Shown: positions 28,851-36,750 of the stretch, piece by piece | Layout of the letters: the number at the start of each line of letters is the position of its first letter | Numbering within the stretch: position 1 is the first letter of the stretch | NCBI GenBank assembly: GCA_963707025.1 | Contig: CAVPOM010000006.1 | Coordinates: forward strand, 32,001-96,000 | Direction: 5' to 3' | Source: an uncultured Verrucomicrobiae bacterium | Lineage (GTDB): Bacteria; Verrucomicrobiota; Verrucomicrobiia; Limisphaerales; Palsa-1400 | Length of the DNA stretch: 64,000 bases | Program-made: the position numbers and the translations under genes | Notes under the pieces: generated by a model | The model's input: the letters and a program-made list of their open reading frames with translations, nothing else | Told to the model about the DNA's origin: nothing | The model's database searches: none

Positions 28851-29573
28851 ATGAACACATCCCATAATTATAAGCTGGCTGTTGTTGTCCCCCTTGTGGC
28901 AATTTGCACATTCATTCCATTCCGTACAAAGGCGCAAGGGAGTTTCCAAAACCTTGATTTTGAGAGCGCCAACCCAGGCACGTTAACGCCAAATCCAACC
29001 GGGCCACCTTATGCTCTCAATGTTCCGGTAGCAAATGCACTTCCGTCGTGGAGTGTATATTACGGCGACATCCAGCAAACGGTTGTCAATGTTAACGATC
29101 CATCTTTGGGGGCCGCAGCCGTCGCGCTCATTGGCCCACAAGACAACCCAATTGATGGAAACTACAGCGTTTTGCTCCAACCTGGCGGTTCCGTAAATTA
29201 CATCAGCGCCTCAATTGCTCAGGATGGCACGATTCCAGTAGGAACGGAAACCTTGCTTTTTAGGGCGTGGCAACCGATGTCCGCGCTGCCGTTTTCCGTC
29301 TCCTTCGCTGGCAACAGTCTTTCGCCCGTCGAGATTTCGTCAGGCCAAAGCCCATTGGGACAAGGCTATAATGTTTATGCCGCCGCAATAGGTGCTTTCG
29401 CGGGGCAAAATGGACAACTGGAGTTCACAGTGAACGGCGAAAACTATAACAGTGTTTTGCTCGACGATATCGCCTTTTCCCCAAACACCGTGCCCGAACC
29501 CCGCACGCTGGCGCTTCTTGTCATGGGTGGGGTGGCGCTGGCCGTGCGCCGCTGGCGCGCCAAGGCTTCATGA
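28851..29573 (+). CDS. PEP-CTERM sorting-domain protein 1
   Basis: Signal peptide; FQNLDFESA; C-terminal VPEPRTLALLVMGGVALAVRRWR. Confidence 0.88.
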   Translation: MNTSHNYKLAVVVPLVAICTFIPFRTKAQGSFQNLDFESANPGTLTPNPTGPPYALNVPVANALPSWSVYYGDIQQTVVNVNDPSLGAAAVALIGPQDNPIDGNYSVLLQPGGSVNYISASIAQDGTIPVGTETLLFRAWQPMSALPFSVSFAGNSLSPVEISSGQSPLGQGYNVYAAAIGAFAGQNGQLEFTVNGENYNSVLLDDIAFSPNTVPEPRTLALLVMGGVALAVRRWRAKAS

Positions 29574-29667
29574 GAACGTAAATGGGTCACCTTCCACTTC
29601 CACCCCCTTCAGACTAAGTATCTCCAGGTCGTAGGAGATCCGTTTGTGATTAAATAGTGAAATTATT

Positions 29668-30384
29668 ATGAAGATTAACACAATAGCACTTCTCCTAATC
29701 TCGGCGACAGTCGAGGATGGCTTTTCGCAAGAAGCGTTCCAGAACCTAAATTTCGAGGCTGCTGATGTTGCTGGTTACGCTCCAAACAGTTCCACGGTTC
29801 CGACCAGCAGCGCATTTCCCGGTTGGCAAGCGATTTATGGCGCGAATCCGCCATCTGCCCAGGTTTGGTATGACGGTCTAAGTATTGGCGGTCCAATGAT
29901 TTCGATTTTGGACAACAAGGCAGGGTCGCCGATCCAGGGAAATTATAGTGCCGATCTCTTTGCGGCAGTTGTAGGTACGACTACCTACAGTGTAACTCTG
30001 AGCCAGACTGGCGTAGTTCCCGCAAGCACAGAATCCATAGAGATGGATGCCAATCAGGCGGCGTCATCTTCATTTGTTGTGACGCTTGGAGGTGAACCCG
30101 TCAACATGGTGCCGTTGCAAAGGTTTGCCAATTACACGTTGTGGGGCGGCGATGCCTCAGCGTTTGCAGGCCAAGACGTGGCATTGAGCATTACCGAGCT
30201 GCCGCCCGCAAATCAAGAATATTCGCCCAGCCTGCTTGAGTTGGATAACATCACTTTTTCCCAAACGACGGTCACACCAGAACCTGGCACCCTGTCGCTC
30301 CTTGTTGTGGGCGCCACGGCATTTGCTGTGCGTTCGTGGTGGAAGCGCGTCAAGGCTTCCCGGCAGAAGCCCAACAAGGCATGA
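29668..30384 (+). CDS. PEP-CTERM sorting-domain protein 2 (paralog of the previous gene)
   Basis: FQNLNFEAA, PIQGNYS, LSQTGVVP, FAGQ, LDNITFS, TPEPGTLSLLVVG..WWKR. Confidence 0.88.
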   Translation: MKINTIALLLISATVEDGFSQEAFQNLNFEAADVAGYAPNSSTVPTSSAFPGWQAIYGANPPSAQVWYDGLSIGGPMISILDNKAGSPIQGNYSADLFAAVVGTTTYSVTLSQTGVVPASTESIEMDANQAASSSFVVTLGGEPVNMVPLQRFANYTLWGGDASAFAGQDVALSITELPPANQEYSPSLLELDNITFSQTTVTPEPGTLSLLVVGATAFAVRSWWKRVKASRQKPNKA

Positions 30385-30821
30385 GTTTATGGCCTCTCCT
30401 GGTCCACTAGGCAACCAATAGCATGGCACTTGGCACCTATTGGAACGGCGCCAAATGAGCTTCGCGTTACTTACCTGCCCTGGCTCAATGGGGAGAGTTT
30501 TCACTTATCATTCCGAACGCCTCAACACATCAAAGGGGTCATCATATATTTGCGCTGTTCGCCCTGTTTTGCGCTTGCCACCCTCTGTTCTTAGCGGCAC
30601 GATGGACCGATTCTCATGTCTTTGGCAAGATACCACGGCGCTTTGTCGTCTTGAGGCCAGAGGTTTATACGGTTTCCGCATCTTTCGGATTTGTTTCCAT
30701 GCAAATCTAAACAGATTCTTTCCCAATGGCGGAAAATGAGGCGTTGAAAAAACTGGACGGGCAGAAAGAAAAAGGCAAGGGCACGGAGGAGAAACAGACA
30801 GAAAGCAGCGCAAAAGAAGGC

Positions 30822-30911
30822 AATGTAACGCAAGGTAACAGGCAGGTAACGGTGGCAGAATCCACAAGTGGCTCACTATCAACAAGTGTAACGGGGTTAC
30901 GGGTGTAGCGC
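30822..30911 (+). repeat. 90-bp dispersed non-coding element, copy 2
   Basis: Colinear with 7889-7978. Confidence 0.8.
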
Positions 30912-30974
30912 TGCAATGCCCCCTTTGGCGAGCGTGGGCCGTGACCGCTCCCAACCTCGCCAAAGGCCACGTTA

Positions 30975-31066
30975 TACCGTTTCCAGTTCGTAACTGCACT
31001 ATTGCCAATGCGATTGGCGGCGGTCACAGACCGCCGCTACAGTGCAAAAGCAAACTGGAAACGGTA
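30975..31066. mobile_element. 92-bp MITE-like element containing a GTAG-type REP, copy 1
   Basis: TIR TACCGTTTCCAGTT / AACTGGAAACGGTA, TTA on both flanks; internal GCGGCGGTCACAGACCGCCGCTAC. Confidence 0.75.
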
Positions 31067-31164
31067 TTAGCCGCGCCGCAGTCGAAGGGGTCCAACAATA
31101 GCTTTGTCCAAGCCTGCTCAAAGAGGGCCATGATTCAAGTTCAAGTTGGGCAAAGCTATAGTTA

Positions 31165-31256
31165 TGCCGTTTCCAGTTCGTAACTGCACTATTGCCAAGG
31201 CGATTGGCGGCGGTCGCAGACCGCCGCTACAGTGCAAAAGCAAACCGGAAAAGGTA
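31165..31256. mobile_element. 92-bp MITE-like element, copy 2
   Basis: Near-identical to 30975-31066, TTA flanks, TIR slightly degenerate. Confidence 0.75.
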
Positions 31257-31328
31257 TTATCTTTGATGACCCCTTTGAGGCTCTCCCGCGAGGAGAGGGG
31301 ACAGCGGTCGTCCTCCGTGGGTTGGCGG

Positions 31329-32612
31329 TTAGTTGCCTGGCGAGTGCGGTTGGGAATTATTCGCCTTTAAAATCAAGCTTCGCACCCGGGCCGGCAACAC
31401 CGGCGGGCGCACTGATTCCATGCCCCAACCGAGGAGGACTTTCGCCGCCGCGCCGCAGATACGCCCCTGGCACGGCCCCATGCCGCAACGGGTCTGCAAT
31501 TTCGCCTCGCGCCAATGGTCGTGCTGGCGCACCCGCCCCAGCGGGATGTCTTCGCACCGGCACAGCAGCGTGTCATCCGCGGCCAGGGTCTTGAGTTCCG
31601 GGCGCAACGCGAAGGCTCTGGCCAGCGCTTGGCGGAATTTGTGCCAGGAGGAGCGCCGGGCGAACAAGGCTTGCGCGCGCGCCGGCTGGTTGCCCGCCGC
31701 ATAACCGGCAATCCGCCCTTCCACCAGCGCGCAATCCGCACCGCCCACGCCCGTCGGCTCGCCGGCGCAGTAAATCCCTTTGACGCTGGTTGCCTGCCAT
31801 GCATCCACCCGCACAAAGCCGTCCTGCAACTGGCAGCCTGCCGCCAGGGCAAGTTCCACGTTGGGCACCAATCCGAAGGCGCACGCCAAGAGGTCGCATT
31901 CCTCCGTCCAGGTGCTTTCTCCATTGGTCAGCGTGACGCTGCGGACTTGGGCGCTGCCTTCCGCGCGCACCGGCCAGACGCCGCAACGGTAAGGCACGCC
32001 GATCAAATGGGACTTGATTTGCGCGCCCTGGCAAAGTTTGGACGGATGGGCCAGCAGACCGAGGCCAAAGCGGATGACGCCCGGCCACCGCGCCTGCTCG
32101 GCAATGCAAAGCACGTCGGCGCCGTGCTTGCGCAATCCTGCGGCCACCGCCAGCAACAGCGGCCCGCTGCCCGCCACCACCACCCGCCGGCCTTGCGCGG
32201 GCCAGCCGTTCTTGACCAGCGATTGCATCCCGCCCGGCCCCATGATCCCCGGCAGCGTCCAGCCGGGAAAGGGCAGGAACAACTCGCGCGCCCCGGTCGC
32301 CAGAATTAAACTGGCATAACATATTTCGCGCGGTCCGGCGTCGCACTCGGCCATGAGCAGCCCTGGCCGCGGCGCGGCAATCACGCTGGTGCGGTCCAAC
32401 AGCGCCGCGCCGCAACGTTGAAAGCGCTCGATCAAATGCAGCGCCTGGCGGGGGCGTCCTTTTTGGCCGCGCCAGATTTGGCCGCCCAGCCAGGGAGTAT
32501 CATCCACCAGCGCCACGCGCCGTCCGCATTCCGCCGCCGCGCAGGCCGCGGCCAACCCGGCCGGGCCGCCGCCCACCACGACAATTTCAAAGTCCAACAG
32601 AGCCTCACTCAT
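31329..32612 (-). CDS. FAD/NAD(P)-dependent oxidoreductase with C-terminal BFD-like Fe-S motif (HcnB-like; D-hydroxyproline dehydrogenase subunit)
   Basis: VVGGGPAG, LGGQIWR, ATGARE..PFPGWTLPG, CRCED, TRCGMGPCQGRICG; operon context. Confidence 0.88.
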   Translation of the reverse strand: MSEALLDFEIVVVGGGPAGLAAACAAAECGRRVALVDDTPWLGGQIWRGQKGRPRQALHLIERFQRCGAALLDRTSVIAAPRPGLLMAECDAGPREICYASLILATGARELFLPFPGWTLPGIMGPGGMQSLVKNGWPAQGRRVVVAGSGPLLLAVAAGLRKHGADVLCIAEQARWPGVIRFGLGLLAHPSKLCQGAQIKSHLIGVPYRCGVWPVRAEGSAQVRSVTLTNGESTWTEECDLLACAFGLVPNVELALAAGCQLQDGFVRVDAWQATSVKGIYCAGEPTGVGGADCALVEGRIAGYAAGNQPARAQALFARRSSWHKFRQALARAFALRPELKTLAADDTLLCRCEDIPLGRVRQHDHWREAKLQTRCGMGPCQGRICGAAAKVLLGWGMESVRPPVLPARVRSLILKANNSQPHSPGN

Positions 32613-32997
32613 CGGTGAGCACCTCCATCCCTTCCTCGCAAAGCGTCTGGCAACTGCGGCAGTGGGCCCGTCCGTTGATCGTCACACAACATTCCATGCA
32701 GATGCCCATGCCGCAGAGCGGCCCGCGGGGCAGGCCGGTCACCGAAGTGCGAAAGCGCGTCACCCCCGCCACGGCAATGGCGCCCGCCACGATCGTCCCC
32801 GCCGCCACCGTCACATCCTTTCCATTGATGCGCAGTTTTACATTAGGAGGAGGATAAGCCCTCACCTCACCCTGACCCTCTCCCCTCCCATCGGATGGGA
32901 GCGGAGAGGGAACAGCATGGGGAGACGCAATGTTGGACGGAAGTGTGCCGGGCGGCGGCTGGTTCAGGGACGTGAGATTGGCGGCTGGTTCAGGCAT
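32605..32997 (-). CDS. 2Fe-2S subunit (HcnA-like) with N-terminal repeat-derived extension
   Basis: RTSVTGLPRGPLCGMGICMEC..TING..SC; ATG 32997 overlaps the upstream stop. Confidence 0.85.
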   Translation of the reverse strand: MPEPAANLTSLNQPPPGTLPSNIASPHAVPSPLPSDGRGEGQGEVRAYPPPNVKLRINGKDVTVAAGTIVAGAIAVAGVTRFRTSVTGLPRGPLCGMGICMECCVTINGRAHCRSCQTLCEEGMEVLTDE

Positions 32998-34129
32998 GAC
33001 AAGTTGCTCCCGCTCCACGGGCAAAGCGCGACGGCGCATAAGGCTCCGGTGGAATCTCACAAGGCCGTTGCAACAGCAAATCCGCCAGCAACCGGCCCGT
33101 GGCCAGCGAAGTGGTGATGCCCAGGCCCTCGTGTCCGGTGGCCAGCCAGATGCGGTCGCTCCCGAGGCTGGGCCCAATCAGCGGCAAAGAGTCCGGCGTG
33201 GCGGCGCGATGGCCTGTCCAGACCCGGATGCTGGAAAGCTCCCCCAGCGCGGGCAGATATTCCAGCGAGCGGCTGAGCATGCGGTTGAGAATGGCGAAGT
33301 CAACCGCCGCATCCTCCGCGTCATACTGGCGGGAGGAACCCAGCAGCATCTGCCCGGTCTTGCGCGGCTGGATGTTGAAGGCCACCGAGTCCTTGCTCAC
33401 CGAATGGGCGTTCTTCAGGTAGCCCAGTTCGACAATCTGATGATGGACAAAGCCCGGATGACGGTCCGTAATCACCAGATGCCCCTTGCGTTTGCGCACC
33501 GGCAAACCGGGCGTCAGCTCCGGCGACCAAGGCCCGGCCGCATTGACGGTCCGCCCGGCCGCGATGGTCGAGCCATCCTCCAAGGCCACGCCTCCTTCGG
33601 CGCGCAAGGCGCGCACTGCCGCCCCGAGGCGCGCTTCCGCGCCGTCGCGTTTGGCCTGTTCCAGCAAAAAGCGCGCGGCGCAAGGCGGATAAAGCACCGC
33701 GTCATCGGGCACGCGCAATCCACCGGCCATCCCGGGCCGGAGATGCGGTTCGGCGCTGGCCACGCCGGCCGCATCCAGCACTTCCACGCGGACGCCGCGC
33801 GCGGTGTAAAACTGCTGCTTGCGACGGACCTCGGCCATTTCCTCCTCGTCCGCCGCCAGCCAGAGGGTGCCGCAGGGGTCGTATTCCACGTCGGCGGGCA
33901 ATTCCGGCAGGCAGCGGCGCCAGAGCGCCCCGGAATAAGCGGTGAGGGCAAATTGCGCCTCCGAGTCATCCATCACGACAATATGCCCCATCCCCGCCGC
34001 CGTCGTGCCGCCCGCCAGCGGTCCGCGATCCAGCACCAGCGTCTTCATGCCGCCGCGGGCGCATTCGGCGGCGCAGGCCGCCCCGACGATGCCCGCGCCG
34101 ACAATAATAATGTCATAGGATTGGCTCAC
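32990..34129 (-). CDS. FAD-dependent D-amino acid oxidase family (HcnC-like; D-hydroxyproline dehydrogenase catalytic subunit)
   Basis: IVGAGIVG, GTTAAGMGH, RKGH, WTGHRAATPDSLPLIG, ATGHEGLGIT. Confidence 0.88.
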   Translation of the reverse strand: MSQSYDIIIVGAGIVGAACAAECARGGMKTLVLDRGPLAGGTTAAGMGHIVVMDDSEAQFALTAYSGALWRRCLPELPADVEYDPCGTLWLAADEEEMAEVRRKQQFYTARGVRVEVLDAAGVASAEPHLRPGMAGGLRVPDDAVLYPPCAARFLLEQAKRDGAEARLGAAVRALRAEGGVALEDGSTIAAGRTVNAAGPWSPELTPGLPVRKRKGHLVITDRHPGFVHHQIVELGYLKNAHSVSKDSVAFNIQPRKTGQMLLGSSRQYDAEDAAVDFAILNRMLSRSLEYLPALGELSSIRVWTGHRAATPDSLPLIGPSLGSDRIWLATGHEGLGITTSLATGRLLADLLLQRPCEIPPEPYAPSRFARGAGATCHA

Positions 34130-35055
34130 GCGCGGATGCCGTAACAGAACGGGTCCTTTTCATCCAGCAGCAGCGTCGCCTCGGCATTGATGTAAGCGGT
34201 TCCGGTGATGGTGGGGGCGATTTTTCCAGCGGCGCGGTCCAGCCAGCGGAAACGCGCGGTGAAGGAACTGCCGATAAAACTTTCCTGCACCCAGGGCGCG
34301 CCCTCGGCCCAGGCGCCGTCGGCCGCCATGCAGGCCAGCTTGGCGCTGGTCCCCGTTCCGCAGGGCGAACGGTCGTAAGCCTTGCCAGGACATTGCACAA
34401 AGTTGCGCGCGTGGCCGCGCGCCGTTTGCGGCGGCCCAACCAGTTCAATGTGATCCACCTCCGGGAACCCCTGGGCGTTGACCGCCTGCCGCACCCGCCA
34501 GGCGTAATCGGTCAACCCTTGCGCATTGGCCGGCGACAAATCCTGCCCGTGCTTTTCCAGCAGATAAAACCAGTTGCCCGACCAGGCCACGTCCCCGCTC
34601 ACCGGCCCGATGCCCGGCACTTCAATCACGGCCCCTTTGGCCTTGCGCCAGCTTGGCACGTTGGCCACCGAAACTTCCCCATTGTCATGCAGAACGATGC
34701 TCACCATCCCAACGCACGTCTCCACCCGGTATTCCCCCGGCTGGATCCGCCCCAAATGCGCCAGGGTCGCCCCCAGGCCGATGCAGCCGTGGCCGCACAT
34801 GCCCAAATAGCCGACGTTGTTGAAGAAAATAATGCCCGTGATGCACGAGGCATCCTGCGGCTCGACCAGCATGGCCCCCACCATGACATCCGAGCCGCGC
34901 GGTTCATTGACCACGGCGGAGCGGAATTCGTCGTGCTTTTTGAGCAGATGCAGCTTGTCGGCAATGCTGCCGCCGCCCAGATCGGGGCCGCCGCTGATGA
35001 CGATGCGCGTCGGCTCGCCGCCGGTGTGCGAGTCAATAATAGCAATTCTTTTCAT
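34126..35055 (-). CDS. Proline racemase family, 4-hydroxyproline 2-epimerase
   Basis: IDSHTGGEPTR, EPRG, YLGMCGHG and DRSPCGTGTSA (two catalytic Cys). Confidence 0.92.
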   Translation of the reverse strand: MKRIAIIDSHTGGEPTRIVISGGPDLGGGSIADKLHLLKKHDEFRSAVVNEPRGSDVMVGAMLVEPQDASCITGIIFFNNVGYLGMCGHGCIGLGATLAHLGRIQPGEYRVETCVGMVSIVLHDNGEVSVANVPSWRKAKGAVIEVPGIGPVSGDVAWSGNWFYLLEKHGQDLSPANAQGLTDYAWRVRQAVNAQGFPEVDHIELVGPPQTARGHARNFVQCPGKAYDRSPCGTGTSAKLACMAADGAWAEGAPWVQESFIGSSFTARFRWLDRAAGKIAPTITGTAYINAEATLLLDEKDPFCYGIRA

Positions 35056-35456
35056 GCAATTTGCCGCTCTTGCGCCGCATTGAATTGACCCGGTGGCGCC
35101 GGCCTGCGCCGGTCGGCTGGCGGCGCGACTCCGGCCTGCCTTTCCTGCTCAGACTATTCCTGCGCACGTTCCCTGTCTTGGCTTGGAATGACAGGAAATC
35201 GGTTAAACTGGACGCAAAGCTGCCCAAGAACTCCATTTTCCGCCACTTTTATTTAACGGGGCAGGCCAGGGAGGGTGCTTTCCAGTTTCTTCAATACCGC
35301 CCGCCCCGCCATCCCAGGAAGTTTATCCCCCATCTGGTGAGCCAGCCCGCGCCGCCTTGGTCCTCCGTCGCGGCCCAACCGCTGCGGAGGGTGAACCAGC
35401 CGCCATCAAATCCCGCCCCCTTTTCCATTTTTCATTTTGCATTCTTCATTTGCCGC

Positions 35457-36216
35457 TCACCCTCCGGCTTCCCTGAACTGAGTCGGCGTCATGCCCGTGG
35501 CCGACCGAAAGGCCCGGGTCATCGCACTATGGTCATAAAATCCGGTGGCATGGGCGATGTCGGCGATGGACCGTTCGGTTTCCCGCAATAATTGCGCCGC
35601 CGCCGCCAGCCGCGTTTGCATGATGAGCTGGTTGGGGCTGATGCGAAAAATCCGCTTGATCAGCCGGGCAAAGCGCACGGGGGGCAAACCGGCCTCCCGG
35701 GCCAGCGACCTGGGCGAGTGCGGGTCTTCCGGGCGCGTTTCCAGGGCCTCCAACGCGCTGGCCAGCCGGGCCGGGATGGCATCCGAGTCGCCGGGCGCCC
35801 GCAAATCGTGCGAGATTCCCACCAGCCCCATCACCTGGCCCTGGGCGTTGCGCATCGGCAGTTTGGTTGTCAGACACCAGCCCGTTTTCCGGCTCTCGTA
35901 CCAATGCAATTCCAAATGCTCCAAAATCGGATGTCCGGTTTTGACCACCATCCGATCCTGCCGCTCATAAACGACCGCCAGTTCTTTGGGAAAAATCTCC
36001 CGCACATGGCGCCCGATCAGATCGTGCTTGTCCCGCACCCGGCAGCGTTCGACCATGGACTGGTTGACCGCCAGGTAACGGCCCTGATTGTCCTTGAGGA
36101 AAAAAGCGGTTTCCCGGAACATGGTCAAAAAGCTGTTCCAGCGCCGCCAGCGCGCCGGAAACGCCCGTCGGCTGCCTGGCAACGGCTGTGGAGGGTTGTA
36201 TTAGGCTGAAATTCAC
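35457..36216 (-). CDS. PAS-domain AraC-family transcriptional regulator (apparent extra base near 36114)
   Basis: LFDHVP|ETAFFLKDNQGRYLAVN, WCLTTKLP; AraC HTH SIADIAHATGFYDHSAMTRAFRSATGMTPTQFR. Confidence 0.85.
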
Positions 36217-36400
36217 ATTTTCGGTGTTATTTTAAGCCAAGACGTTTTCCCATGCAATCTATAAATTGGACACAGAGCAGAACCTGTGATCCGCCCGCAA
36301 TGGCTTTTTGGGGTGCTTGCGCACCGCCAAACCAGCGGGGGACGCGAGCTTAAACAATGATGGCTGACGAATGCGCGGAACGGGCAGCTTTGGATAAACC

Positions 36401-36428
36401 TTGACAAAAATGGCCATTCCGGTAGAAC
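36401..36428 (+). promoter_or_regulatory. Putative sigma70 promoter upstream of the large secreted protein
   Basis: TTGACA-16 bp-TAGAAC. Confidence 0.45.
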
Positions 36429-36750
36429 TGTCGCCATAAGAAAATCCAAAAACGTCCCAAACGAGCATTCAACAGAGAACTCCCGCCGCCGAGGAACCCT
36501 TTGGGCGCAGGCCGGGGCCGGCTGGCGGCATGACACGATGAATTTCGCACTTTTAGCGCTGAACGATCGGGCTGGTTTGGAGGCCGCGTCCGCGCGTGTT
36601 AATCCTTCAGATTCAAATCGTCCTTTGGTCTGCCCGCCCGAAGTGTCCCAAAGAAAATGCCGGTGAGCAACAGATTTTTAAACCCGCAAACTTCAGATCA
36701 ATCAGAATCACAAAACCATCAGTGACCCAAATCAACGAGTCCGAAAGCCT

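Larger units (their letters stand above)
30530..31278. mobile_element. Non-coding unit bounded by a perfect 14-bp inverted repeat related to the Y1 element ends
   Basis: TCAAAGGGGTCATC 30530-30543 / GATGACCCCTTTGA 31265-31278; 30531-30611 is a diverged copy of the Y1 left end plus promoter. Confidence 0.6.

Noticed and set aside
28562..31278. CRISPR array among the repeated segments
   Set aside because: No constant repeat with equal-length unique spacers and no cas genes; the repeats are duplications, MITEs and REPs.
31329..34129. Hydrogen cyanide synthase hcnABC
   Set aside because: Same families, but the operon begins with a proline racemase-family gene, which favours D-hydroxyproline dehydrogenase.
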